From Escherichia coli (GTDB taxonomy: Bacteria; Pseudomonadota; Gammaproteobacteria; Enterobacterales; Enterobacteriaceae), in assembly GCF_041886205.1 (NCBI RefSeq), contig NZ_CP169029.1: a stretch of DNA of 64,000 nt; one strand, given 5' to 3'. This document shows positions 11,156-21,223 of the stretch, in pieces; positions within the stretch are counted from its first letter, which is position 1, and every line of letters starts with the position of its first letter. The translations under genes and the position numbers were made by a program. A model generated the notes under the pieces. The model worked only from the letters and a program-made list of their open reading frames with translations. It had not been told where the DNA came from and ran no database searches.

Positions 11156-13285
11156 TCAATCAGTTGTGGAGAATCTTGAGGAACGAGAAACATGATCACT
11201 CCCTGAATGATTGATCTCTCTGATGTTGCTAGGTGAGAGGCAACCTCTCAACCTTCTTTTATTTATTATAACTAGTCCATCATGAGGAGAGTGATTAATG
11301 TTCACAGAATCCCCACGACTAAAGGCCAGAACGTTTTTAGTTGCAAATACACCCTCAAATGCGCTCCATATTCCTGCTTTATCTATATATAATGCGTGGA
11401 ATTCATTGTAGAGCTGCTGATAGGTAGAGCAACCTTTATTAAGCCACGCCTCACCGCCGACACGCGTCGACCCATCATCATTTTTAATTTCAGTCGTTGA
11501 TTTTAATACTTGGCCATCCCAGTAAACTAAAGGCCTGCTGAACGGGAGAGCGGCCATATATGCCATTGCTAATTGTTCATCTTGTTGATGGTTAAATAGA
11601 AAGTCATTGAAAAGATTGCCATTGTTAGGAAAATCGTGGTTAATGTTAATCAATATCCGTCTTTTTGATGGGATGCTTGAGATTGTTGAACCCGGTTTTG
11701 ATGCAAGGGTTTGGAGATCGCCACCAAATGAAAAAGCTTTTATCGTCTTCATGAGCAATGAAAAATCAATGGCGCTTAAATCATCTCTTTCATAAAGCAG
11801 CGATGACATTTGTTGTTCATCCAACTGACTAGTTACCAGATATTCCATGTAATTCATAACGGCTTTTTCATGATATTTTGGGTTAAATAAGTTAGTATTG
11901 TGTAATCGCTCATTATAATTTTTAAGCGGTGGGGTTATTGATCTTTCTATTTGTTCATGTTTTGAGTGTTTTGCTGCATCGTAACGTAAACCTCGTACGC
12001 CATATTTTCGCATTTCACGAACGTATTGATTTTGCAGCATAATAACCTGGTCACTTTTGGGGGTTGTTTTAGGCATTCCATTTAAACGCTTTTCTTTTAA
12101 TGCATAGAGGTTTTCCCATTCATCCTTAGAAATATTATCTTTACTTGCTTCGAAGTCTTTTGCAGTGAGATGTATATCTTCTGGATGGATTTGTTTACGT
12201 TCTTTTGTTACTGGATCTATAGTAAATGGAATCAAAACCTGACCTTGCCAATAGCCAGGGATACCACTTTCTATATCTTTACTGATCTTCGCTCGTATAT
12301 CAGTAGAGGGATAATCCAGGTCATTTTTACCACTACCCCCGATTCCCATAAAGTTAAAGGTATAATCAGGAATGATATCGATACCAAATTTTTTAGCATC
12401 TTTAACCAATGCGATAAAATCCTGCAAATCTCCCATTGGATTATGGATGGTACAAAGATCTTCGGGTTGATAAGCGTGAAACCAGTAACCTTTTTCTTCT
12501 TCGGGAGTTTCTGGTCCGTCGGCGCGGAAAGTTGTCACTGGAGGGATTTGTATATACCCATAATGGCAACGTGCAAACTCAGACATATTTTCCCTGATTT
12601 GCTGGTAGGTGGCATTAAAAGCATGAAGAATCGCTTCGCCAGGTTTTTTAGGGGTGATGATTTCACATTGTGATTTCTGAACAGCAGTAAGAGATTTACG
12701 CTCAAGTGTTTGCCGTAGATGTTCTGGATTGATTAATATTTTAAATGTTTCTTGCTGTCCGGAAGGTGACGTCACGTTAATATTATATACATCGGCTGCC
12801 AGCTCATAGTCAGGGATGTTAATAGCATATGCAACATATTTATCTTTTGGGGAGGGTTTTTCAGATATAATGTGGGTGAAATATTCAGCAGGACCATACT
12901 GGTGAACCCCCTTGTTATCTTCTCTTTCATTCATTGTATCTCTTTGATAAATCCATGTTTTTCCTTCTCCTATCCTGTCTGGCGCTGTAATGCTACGCTG
13001 TGCAGCTTTATTCAGTTCACGGTAAGTTGTATCTGGAAAAAGGGAAATTTTATAATCGTTTTTTAACAGATCATTAATGATTTTTTCTGCGTGAAAAGTT
13101 GATATAATTTCTCTGTCTTTTAAATCCTGAGGATAAACTCCACAAGCATTAATAATATTTGTTACACAGTTTAGATATTCTAATGTATTTAATTTGGAAT
13201 TTAGATCCCCGTCAGTAATGTTCCATGATAACAATGTGGGGGTGTCGATAGGTAAATTTCTTGGTCCTGGTTTTATAGAAAACAT
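11156..13285 (-). CDS. ygaQ: Glycoside hydrolase family 13 (alpha-amylase-like) protein, YgaQ-like
   Basis: 709-aa ORF; GVRGLRYDAAKH resembles GH13 conserved region II; lies beside ileY as ygaQ does in K-12; AT-rich; the C-terminal end may be affected by the junction with the anomalous block. Confidence 0.55.
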   Translation of the reverse strand: MFSIKPGPRNLPIDTPTLLSWNITDGDLNSKLNTLEYLNCVTNIINACGVYPQDLKDREIISTFHAEKIINDLLKNDYKISLFPDTTYRELNKAAQRSITAPDRIGEGKTWIYQRDTMNEREDNKGVHQYGPAEYFTHIISEKPSPKDKYVAYAINIPDYELAADVYNINVTSPSGQQETFKILINPEHLRQTLERKSLTAVQKSQCEIITPKKPGEAILHAFNATYQQIRENMSEFARCHYGYIQIPPVTTFRADGPETPEEEKGYWFHAYQPEDLCTIHNPMGDLQDFIALVKDAKKFGIDIIPDYTFNFMGIGGSGKNDLDYPSTDIRAKISKDIESGIPGYWQGQVLIPFTIDPVTKERKQIHPEDIHLTAKDFEASKDNISKDEWENLYALKEKRLNGMPKTTPKSDQVIMLQNQYVREMRKYGVRGLRYDAAKHSKHEQIERSITPPLKNYNERLHNTNLFNPKYHEKAVMNYMEYLVTSQLDEQQMSSLLYERDDLSAIDFSLLMKTIKAFSFGGDLQTLASKPGSTISSIPSKRRILININHDFPNNGNLFNDFLFNHQQDEQLAMAYMAALPFSRPLVYWDGQVLKSTTEIKNDDGSTRVGGEAWLNKGCSTYQQLYNEFHALYIDKAGIWSAFEGVFATKNVLAFSRGDSVNINHSPHDGLVIINKRRLRGCLSPSNIREINHSGSDHVSRSSRFSTTD

Positions 13286-13844
13286 AATAACGTTCCTCTA
13301 ATGGTAGAGTAATATGATGTATACGGAAACATAAAAATGTTTAATTGTTATGAAAGTAATTGCAAACAGATGTCCTATTTTTATCCAATATTTATATGGA
13401 AAAGGATAATGCTTAAATCTGTTTTTTTAATTATCGATGTGGTCTGGAGAGGCAACTGTCAAAAATCGCTCATACGAAACTAATTATTAGCAGAATAAGT
13501 TCTATAAAAGAATATATTGCTATATGAAGTTTATTTTTATGGAGTGAAAAGTAACAGATATCATAATGATGCGAAAACTCTTCAGTTAATGTAATAAACT
13601 TATATTATTAGATACAAAATCATTACAAAGTATCATTGAATCAATGATAACTATAGATAGTGTTAATTATTAACATTTGCTTGTTGACTGCGAGTATCGA
13701 CTTTGCGAATGGAGGCGATGTCGGGTTTTATGTCGCATGTATTGACGACCCAAGGTGAATGGGAACGCATAAAAATCTGTTATTTACATCATAAGATCAT
13801 CATGTTTATTGCGTGGTTTATAAGTATTGTTATTGCATACTTAA

Positions 13845-13920
13845 GGCCCTTTAGCTCAGTGGTTAGAGCAGGCGACTCATAATCGCTTGGTCGCTGGTTC
13901 AAGTCCAGCAGGGGCCACCA
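13845..13920 (+). tRNA. ileY: tRNA-Ile2 (anticodon CAT, lysidine-modified), ileY-type
   Basis: 76-nt cloverleaf ggccctttagctcagtggttagagcaggcgactCATaatcgc...ggggccacca with 7-bp acceptor stem and CCA end. Confidence 0.93.
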
Positions 13921-13928
13921 AATAAAAC

Positions 13929-13970
13929 AAGGACTTAGACAGGAAGCTGGCTAAGTCCTTTTTGTTTTGT
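13929..13970 (+). terminator. Intrinsic terminator after ileY
   Basis: Hairpin ggacttag...ctaagtcc followed by tttttgtttt. Confidence 0.6.
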
Positions 13971-13976
13971 TTCAAT

Positions 13977-14001
13977 CTGGGTGACGTAATGGGTGACGTA
14001 A
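13977..14001 (+). repeat. Tandem GGGTGACGTAA motifs at the tRNA-proximal island end; possible integrase arm-type or AlpA binding sites
   Basis: tgggtgacgtaatgggtgacgtaa; the same motif recurs at 33759-33804 next to the integrase start. Confidence 0.45.
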
Positions 14002-14036
14002 CTCAACTATAGGTGCCGTAGTCAGGGAGATTTAGC

Positions 14037-14831
14037 ATGAGCTTTAAGGATAAAGTTGAAGAGAAAAAAATGCGCCGTATGGCCCGTCCCCCTGAGTTAA
14101 CGGTAAAGGACTGGATTAGCCTTTATGATCTTCTTCGTTCAGCCAAAGCTCAAGACTCAGAAGCCATGTACGAAGACTTCGCCTCTGTGCTGTTAACTAC
14201 CCTGTCGGTTGAGCATCATCCGGAACTATACCGCCTGGACGGAAACAAACTAAACGCTGTTGCCGATGACCATTTTGCCTGGGACCTACTATCCGCCCCA
14301 ATGAAAGGGAAAATGTCCCCTGAAGAATTGGCGAAGCGCCCGAAGACCCTTTCCCAACTTCTTTGTATCTACGATGAAGATATCAGTAACGACGAGTCAC
14401 TTCGTACACATGGCTTCTTGCGTGACGCTATTGCCCCTATCCTCGATTTCGAGCTTCTGGATAGCATCGAAGATGAGCCTGACTACAAAGAAAAATATTT
14501 CGAGTTGCTAGCAGCGCAAAAGCACTCGACTCCCCCGCCACTAAGAGGGGAAAGTTATGCTATCAAACGAGAAGAGTTGCTGATCACAGCCCTTGCGGTT
14601 ATCTCTCAAAATCAAAGAGACGCTAATAAAAAGGTCGTCCCAACAGTTACTGAACTTCTGAATCAGATAGAAAAACATGCCTCTGCGTTCTGGCCTCACA
14701 GTAAACAACTTCCGATGTCTCGTGAGAATGCTTCTAAAGAGCTAGGCTTCGCCTTACATCTTTTAGAACAACCAAATCAGAATATTGAATTTCTTCGGGA
14801 AGCCAAAAAAGCAAAAAGAAAAAGTGCATAA
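14037..14831 (+). CDS. Hypothetical protein (264 aa), island-encoded
   Basis: Clean ORF with acidic helical composition and a lysine-rich C-terminus; no motif recognised. Confidence 0.5.
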   Translation: MSFKDKVEEKKMRRMARPPELTVKDWISLYDLLRSAKAQDSEAMYEDFASVLLTTLSVEHHPELYRLDGNKLNAVADDHFAWDLLSAPMKGKMSPEELAKRPKTLSQLLCIYDEDISNDESLRTHGFLRDAIAPILDFELLDSIEDEPDYKEKYFELLAAQKHSTPPPLRGESYAIKREELLITALAVISQNQRDANKKVVPTVTELLNQIEKHASAFWPHSKQLPMSRENASKELGFALHLLEQPNQNIEFLREAKKAKRKSA

Positions 14832-14963
14832 AAAGAAATAGTTACAAAAGGTACCCAGTAATCTTCAGGAAGGTACACGAGAAATATACCGTTCAGTTTG
14901 ATTAACTCCGTTCAGTTTCAGCTTTCACCACCAGGAGTTATTCAATTGAAAAATAAACCAACC

Positions 14964-15167
14964 ATGTCTGATAAGGTTGTCGCCCTTCATCAGCCCCAAC
15001 GTCTGATTCGCATTGATACAATGCTTCAGCTCCTCGATTGCAGTCGCACCACCCTCTACCGCTGGGTTAAAGCTGGCATTTTCCCACAGCCGATAATGCA
15101 TGAGGGCCGAACCGTAGGATGGCCAGCCAATACGTATCAATGCTGGCTTGAGCAAAATAACAAGTAA
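14964..15167 (+). CDS. AlpA-family phage transcriptional regulator (Prophage CP4-57 regulatory protein-like HTH)
   Basis: LIRIDTMLQLLDCSRTTLYRWVKAGIFPQPI matches the AlpA/MerR-like HTH pattern; start trimmed from ORF 14898 to MSDKVVAL. Confidence 0.65.
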   Translation: MSDKVVALHQPQRLIRIDTMLQLLDCSRTTLYRWVKAGIFPQPIMHEGRTVGWPANTYQCWLEQNNK

Positions 15168-15272
15168 TTCTGTTTGTTAAAGGGCTGAAATATTCAGCCC
15201 TTTCTTCATCTGACAATGAAACAAACTGGAACAAAAACGATTATTTTCACCTATTCTGCGACATGCTAAAAC

Positions 15273-16589
15273 ATGAGTAACTCTCTGATTAATCAAGTAA
15301 CAAAGCCCTCACCTGGTCAGGAACTCACCTCGGTATTTAATACTATTACGCCCGATAAGCCTGGCAACCTTGTTGAATATCAGCCAAAGGGAACGTTTGT
15401 TTTCAAAGAAGTGATGTGGTCTGTGCTGCCAGAGAAACGCAACCAGGACACGAAGATCATGAAAAGAATCTTCGGGGCAGTTGACAAGGTATCAGCGATG
15501 TCTCGCTTTCTTGCGGTCAGATATGATTTTCGGCTCCCGACCTACAGTGCGGATAATCGCATAATGGATGATTTCCATAATTTACTTTTCCGCCAGTTAA
15601 GTAAGAACTACCCAAAATCGTTTATCAGCTATCTTTGGGTAAGAGAGCAGGGCTCAGGGGAAGCACAGCATTATCACTATTTGTTGATGCTGGATGGCAA
15701 CTATATCCGTTATCCAAATAAGCTGAATACGATTGTCCGACATTGCTGGGAACAGGTTGCTGGTGGTTCGGTATGGTTCCCGGAAAACGGTTATTACTTT
15801 GTGAGCGAAAATGATCTCAAGACCTATACCGAATTGATGCTGAGAGTTAGCTATCTGGGTAAGCGCCGTACTAAAGAGTCAATTGATAAAGGTATCAAAC
15901 TTTTTGGCTCAGGCATGCGCAAACCGAAACCTGTCGCGCCTTCACGCCAAAAGTCTGCAATAACACCCTGCAAGCCAATCAACCAAAAAGCGGAGACGAA
16001 AACCAACGATCAGGATATGACGTTGAAATCCACCTACTCAGGAATGTTGGACAAATATTTTCTGGGCAAAGCCCGATTACCCGCCGTTCTGCGTAAACGT
16101 TCATCCTATGAACTTTATGACGAAAATAAATGGTGGTGTAATTCACCACGTTGGTCCGGCCATCGTCATAACTACGTGTTAGAGGCTCTGATTACTGGGA
16201 TCAGCCTTTCTGATTACGCACGCAAGTACAAGTTGAATCCAGTACGGGTATATGCAAACTGTCGCCGTGTTGGGGGGCAAAGCCTTAAAATTATTCACTG
16301 GGCATGGCATCGCTATTGCTTCCAGAAAAGCAAATCCACACAGGATGACTACATTAACAATCACCGGCTGAATCATAAAACAGCTAAAAAGCAGTTACGG
16401 CGTAAACCAATGAGCTCTCACTGGAGCCAGCACTTTGATCGATATTATCAAAAGTACTGGCCGAAAGGCTGGACTGTGGCCGACTACTGCCGTGAACACA
16501 ATCTGGTCGCCAGCACTGCCAGACGTTATATAGTCGATTTTCCATTTATAGGCCTGATAGACCCGTTCTTGTTGAAACCATGGTTATAG
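15273..16589 (+). CDS. YfjJ/YagK-family protein (inovirus Gp2-like), probable HUH-type replication initiator
   Basis: 438-aa ORF with HUH-like motif QHYHYLLML; AlpA-adjacent position as in CP4-57 yfjJ. Confidence 0.5.
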   Translation: MSNSLINQVTKPSPGQELTSVFNTITPDKPGNLVEYQPKGTFVFKEVMWSVLPEKRNQDTKIMKRIFGAVDKVSAMSRFLAVRYDFRLPTYSADNRIMDDFHNLLFRQLSKNYPKSFISYLWVREQGSGEAQHYHYLLMLDGNYIRYPNKLNTIVRHCWEQVAGGSVWFPENGYYFVSENDLKTYTELMLRVSYLGKRRTKESIDKGIKLFGSGMRKPKPVAPSRQKSAITPCKPINQKAETKTNDQDMTLKSTYSGMLDKYFLGKARLPAVLRKRSSYELYDENKWWCNSPRWSGHRHNYVLEALITGISLSDYARKYKLNPVRVYANCRRVGGQSLKIIHWAWHRYCFQKSKSTQDDYINNHRLNHKTAKKQLRRKPMSSHWSQHFDRYYQKYWPKGWTVADYCREHNLVASTARRYIVDFPFIGLIDPFLLKPWL

Positions 16590-17176
16590 AGATGAAAACA
16601 CCATAACAGTGTCACCTGGTATACTTACTGAGCGCGGCGTAACTTAAATATAAACACTTAGCCGCCATCAGTAAGCAGAGCCTTATCAACACTACCAGGG
16701 AATTATTGTGCAGCATGATAGCTGAGGTACCTCTCAATTCTTGACGGACATTAACGCACAGACAACGCTGATTACCTCCTGTAAGCCAATTTATATCTGC
16801 TTGCTGCCACATATCCGCTGGGACTAATCCCCTTTAAACACCTTTTACTTCAAAAAAATGTTTTCCTTCTGATTTATCCCATACGCGAAATAATGAAGAT
16901 TTTATTTTAATTACTAATACTTTCAATGAGATAAGATGCATACATTCTTACACTCATATGATCACTTTTATTTTTCTTTTAATATCAACACGTTATGAAT
17001 TGATCAGCACAAAAGTCACTGCAGGGGGTTAGCTGATTGAACGTTTCAGTTCGTTTCTAATGGCCACATATAGATTCACATCAAGAACTAGTGATCACTG
17101 TAGGGTAACGGTATGCCCAGATCAGCCTGCAGGGTATTCGCTGCGGATGACATGAAAAACAAAGACAGGGGATTGC

Positions 17177-17824
17177 TTACGGGTCAACAAACACACTGAT
17201 GGGGAGGTTAAACCGGCGCGCAAGTGCTCGCTTGTGATCCAGTGTTAATGTGCAATCCCCTTTCAGGATGCGACTCACCAGAGATTTATTACCAATCTCT
17301 TCTTCAAAATCGCTCTGAGTCAGTTTGTGCTGATCCATCAGTACGCGCAGTAAGGCAACACCCGTTGGGACCGCTGCAATACGGCTATTAAATTCAGCAA
17401 ACTCCGGCGCTTCATCTTCATACTGACCGATTTTCGCAACCAGAATATCCACCAGCGGATGGTCCGGCTCGTGTTCAATCAGATACTCGACCAGAGCCAG
17501 TGCATCTTCACTGTGGAAGCGTACGACTGATGTATAGGTAACATTTTGTTCAGTAATATATTTCATGGCTGCCAGTAAGTAGGAAGCTTTGAAAGTCACG
17601 TCCTGATAGTCCTTAGCTAACAAACTCCCATTCTCTTCAAACCGTTCAACAAATGCTGCAACTTCTTTTGGATCGATACGGCTGGTTTTATCTTTTCCGT
17701 TTCGAACAAACAGCTTTTGTTCTTCAGTATATAGCGTAAAAGGTACCTTCCTTGCCCCAGTAGACAGTTCAACTGGTTGGGAAAAAGACTCCAACATTAA
17801 ATGATAGAAATCTTTATAAGTCAT
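17177..17824 (-). CDS. Protein with C-terminal XRE-type helix-turn-helix and uncharacterised N-terminal domain
   Basis: C-terminal LTQSDFEEEIGNKSLVSRILKGDCTLTLDHKRALARRFNLPISVF resembles HigA/XRE HTH; immediately downstream of the McrC-like gene. Confidence 0.55.
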   Translation of the reverse strand: MTYKDFYHLMLESFSQPVELSTGARKVPFTLYTEEQKLFVRNGKDKTSRIDPKEVAAFVERFEENGSLLAKDYQDVTFKASYLLAAMKYITEQNVTYTSVVRFHSEDALALVEYLIEHEPDHPLVDILVAKIGQYEDEAPEFAEFNSRIAAVPTGVALLRVLMDQHKLTQSDFEEEIGNKSLVSRILKGDCTLTLDHKRALARRFNLPISVFVDP

Positions 17825-17913
17825 GATTACTACTCCCTCATCATTTTAGCACTCAAGAAAATACATGATGTGGTTGATTATCCGGTTGATAATTATGAAT
17901 CGTCATCGTCTCA

Positions 17914-19215
17914 TTACGGGGAAAACAGGGGGAAGGACGATTGCCACTCACCTTCCACTAATGCCCCTGATTCAAGCTCGAAGGGCACACACCAGAGCGA
18001 TAAATGTTTATCAAAATGGAACACTGGCAACGGAGTATCAAAAAACTGATGACGTGGATATATCAGCATCATATTCCCCTTCCCTTGCAGATATTTTTGC
18101 CCATAAGCGAACATCTGATACAGATCAGCCTGGTTAATTTCATACTTTCTCAGGCTGTTATCAGCTCGGCTGTCTAACAGCTTCCATTTGGCATCCAGTA
18201 CCATTACCTGCTCACCTGTGATGAGAAAGTCAGGTTTAAGCATGAACCATTGTTGAGGAGCCCTTTCGCCAGCAGGTACATGATCTAACAAATAATGACG
18301 TTTTGCCTGCTCAATAAGCTGATAATCCCTCAGCAAAGATAAAGCCAAACTGCGCCCCACCCAGCATTCATATAATTTTTCCATCGGGAACAACAGCGAG
18401 ATCCCCTGATGCAACCCATGCTGAAAATCTGGATTCAGTTTTTCCAGAATAAGTTGGCACCATGGCTTGATGGCACGATAAGCATAGAGATATTTACCGT
18501 TGCTCCATTGCGCCAGAGGCTGCGTTGTACTGCCACAAATTGGCTCTATACCGTCCAGTTGGTGGCTCAACGTGTTCGCCTGTCGCCAGCTCTGCCCCTC
18601 TTTGGTCATTTTAAGCACCCAATTCAGGGCCGTACGTAACAGACGGTTTTCAACTCGCTGAGGTGAAAACTCCGCATAACGCACATGAAAGCGAGCATCT
18701 CTACCAGGAGGCTGTCTCATTTGTGCCGTGATGTTCAACTGACCACGGATAAAAGCGCTGTGCTCATCCTCAACAAGGTGGTAGTCGAACCGCAACCCTT
18801 TGTGTACCAGTTCGGTAAGATGCCGCAAGAACTCGCTGAAAATCCACTCATGCATCGGCTGGTTGCTCCGCTGCAATGCAGCCTGATTAACTTCTCGGGG
18901 TGTAATCCCCAATGAAGCGCTGAGCATTCGACGTAAAAGCTGACGCAGGGGGATTATCTCAGTTGGCGCTTCAAATGTGGTTTTGGGCAGAATTTCAATT
19001 GACTCGCCATTCGGGGATTGTAGATAACCGACATAGCTTCCCAAACGCAAAAACCGCTTCCCTTCTCGGCTGAGAATTTGAGAGGTACCACTCCACTTTT
19101 GTTGCAATTGCTCAAGCCAGGAAAAGGTTGCCTCAGAGACAATTCCCAAATCCATACTGGCTGTTTGAGAACTATCACAAGTCAGCAGAGCATATTCCCG
19201 GACCTGGATCATCAT
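17914..19215 (-). CDS. McrC-like PD-(D/E)xK nuclease subunit
   Basis: 433 aa; C-terminal PDF...VLDAKWK catalytic-type motif; start overlaps the stop of the upstream McrB-like gene. Confidence 0.7.
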   Translation of the reverse strand: MMIQVREYALLTCDSSQTASMDLGIVSEATFSWLEQLQQKWSGTSQILSREGKRFLRLGSYVGYLQSPNGESIEILPKTTFEAPTEIIPLRQLLRRMLSASLGITPREVNQAALQRSNQPMHEWIFSEFLRHLTELVHKGLRFDYHLVEDEHSAFIRGQLNITAQMRQPPGRDARFHVRYAEFSPQRVENRLLRTALNWVLKMTKEGQSWRQANTLSHQLDGIEPICGSTTQPLAQWSNGKYLYAYRAIKPWCQLILEKLNPDFQHGLHQGISLLFPMEKLYECWVGRSLALSLLRDYQLIEQAKRHYLLDHVPAGERAPQQWFMLKPDFLITGEQVMVLDAKWKLLDSRADNSLRKYEINQADLYQMFAYGQKYLQGKGNMMLIYPRHQFFDTPLPVFHFDKHLSLWCVPFELESGALVEGEWQSSFPLFSP

Positions 19216-21194
19216 GTGACAATACCCTGATAAGCTTCTACCGACGCGAAAGCACGTTCATTGATGCGAAAACGCCTGTCAGACAAGCTATCCGCAATAT
19301 CTTTCGGGAATAGTTCAGAGAATGACGGTAATTGTGCTGACTGTTGCAACAGGATAAAACGGTTTTCTTTCGCTTTTACCGAATCATTAAGCACCCAACC
19401 AATGCGCTCATAATCATCAAAGAAATACTCTCTCAGTAATGGAATGATTTTGTTCTGGAAGATGCTGGCCAGACAGGCTTCGCGGTCGGCATTATTTTCT
19501 AATTTTTTTAGTGGCATAAAGTAAGCATGGCCAATCATATGTTCACTATCCAGCAGCGCTTCGATCCGCTGATTAATACGCGTTAACAACGTTTCGACAT
19601 CAACACCGAACGCAGTGACCCCAGCTAACAGCTCCGGTCGTGCGGGCATTTCGGTAAAGCTAAAGCGTCGTCTTAGCGCCAAGTCCATTTGGATGAGTGA
19701 TTTATCCGCAGTATTCATCGTCCCAATGACATAAACATTTTGCGGTACTGAGAATGCTTGCTTTGAATAAGGGAGCATCAGCGACCGCTCATCATCGGCC
19801 CCTTGACGTTTGTCCGGCTCAAGAAGAGTAATAAGCTCACCAAAGATACGTGCTATATTACCGCGGTTGATTTCATCTATTATCAGTACATGTGGTAGAT
19901 CCTGACTATCGGCATTCTCAACAGGAGCCAGCAACTGAGTTAATTTTTCACGATCAATCGTCGTATCCTGCAACTCATATAGGGTCATCTGAGATAGTGA
20001 CTTGATGAAAATTTGCTCTTTAGGAAGGCTTGGGGTGTATGTTCTTAACCATTTAACTGAACGCATTTGATGGTAATACTCACGTTCATCATTGGGTAAA
20101 TAACTATACTCACCTGTAATCTCAGCTATTGCACGGAACTTATGATTTCCATCAGAGACGACGACTAAATCGCCATTCTTAATAATATTTTTAAAGGTAT
20201 TCACGGCAACAGCCATATAATTACTGGTGCCTTCCAATGACTGTTTTTCTGATGCAATCCGAGCTTTGACTGACTCATAGGTAGAGCAGTTACTAAAATC
20301 GATATCTTCTCCCCAACCTAGCAGGACATAATTGTTTGCCAGGCAGTCCTCATACACATCCTCTTCTCCGCCCATGGTATTACCCAGAGACATCTTCCAG
20401 ATCCGCCGACCTTTGAGTGAGATAGATTGTGTTGCACTCCCCTGAACTTTAACCCTGGCATTCAGGCACAGCTGTTTAAAAATACCATCCACAACTTCGT
20501 AGCGAAGCGCGCCCGATTTTTCATCAGTAGTTGCGCGAATCCCTTCGATAAAATCTTCATAGGAGAAGCTCTGATGGAAGGTGGTAAACATAATGCGCTG
20601 CTTTTCTACCAACGCCTTATAGCGTTCATTTACCAACTCCCGTAAGTCATTGCCATGATGTTCGAGCGTAGCCTGTTGGTACCACGTATTATCGGCAATT
20701 TTGACCGCCATTTCGGTGGTACTGTAGGTTTTACCCGTGCCGGGTGGTCCAAAGAGAATTTGGTTTAAGGGATACATTAACGATTGTTCCTTATTTTCGT
20801 TGTCTCTTTTTAGTCTGGGTTGGGTAGTTATAGATGGTTTACCACCCAGCAAAGCCACCAGCGTCTGCAACGCTTCAACGGATTCAACATCAGCCGCGAA
20901 ACCATATTGGGATGTACCGTTATCTTTCGGATAACGGCGGTAGCTGGTGCTTTTTACTTTTTCCCAAAGGCAGTGGATACCCGAAATGCGATCAATTTCC
21001 GCTTTTACGGCAAGGGTTTCAGGTGCAAGAACCAATGGACTCTTTTTAACCACGCCGTCCCGGCTGCGTTTGACATACAGATACTTTCCATTCCCGAGCG
21101 CATGTTCGGATGCATAGCTTGGCTCGAATTTTCCCGCCTCAAGCCGGTAACCCAATTCATTCAACGCCTGGTATATCTCGAAAGAATTCAGCAT
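19212..21194 (-). CDS. McrB-like AAA+ GTPase subunit with an unusually long insertion inside the AAA+ module
   Basis: Walker A ILFGPPGTGKTY, McrB-signature LIIDEINRGN and RRRF; about 285 aa between Walker A and Walker B; AAGGAG RBS before the ATG. Confidence 0.75.
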   Translation of the reverse strand: MLNSFEIYQALNELGYRLEAGKFEPSYASEHALGNGKYLYVKRSRDGVVKKSPLVLAPETLAVKAEIDRISGIHCLWEKVKSTSYRRYPKDNGTSQYGFAADVESVEALQTLVALLGGKPSITTQPRLKRDNENKEQSLMYPLNQILFGPPGTGKTYSTTEMAVKIADNTWYQQATLEHHGNDLRELVNERYKALVEKQRIMFTTFHQSFSYEDFIEGIRATTDEKSGALRYEVVDGIFKQLCLNARVKVQGSATQSISLKGRRIWKMSLGNTMGGEEDVYEDCLANNYVLLGWGEDIDFSNCSTYESVKARIASEKQSLEGTSNYMAVAVNTFKNIIKNGDLVVVSDGNHKFRAIAEITGEYSYLPNDEREYYHQMRSVKWLRTYTPSLPKEQIFIKSLSQMTLYELQDTTIDREKLTQLLAPVENADSQDLPHVLIIDEINRGNIARIFGELITLLEPDKRQGADDERSLMLPYSKQAFSVPQNVYVIGTMNTADKSLIQMDLALRRRFSFTEMPARPELLAGVTAFGVDVETLLTRINQRIEALLDSEHMIGHAYFMPLKKLENNADREACLASIFQNKIIPLLREYFFDDYERIGWVLNDSVKAKENRFILLQQSAQLPSFSELFPKDIADSLSDRRFRINERAFASVEAYQGIVT

Positions 21195-21223
21195 TTCCTA
21201 CACCACTCCTTGATGAAAAAGCG

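Noticed and set aside
12170-12673. 167-aa plus-strand ORF inside the ygaQ-like gene
   Set aside because: Opposite-strand shadow ORF with an Ile/Phe-rich translation driven by AT-rich DNA.
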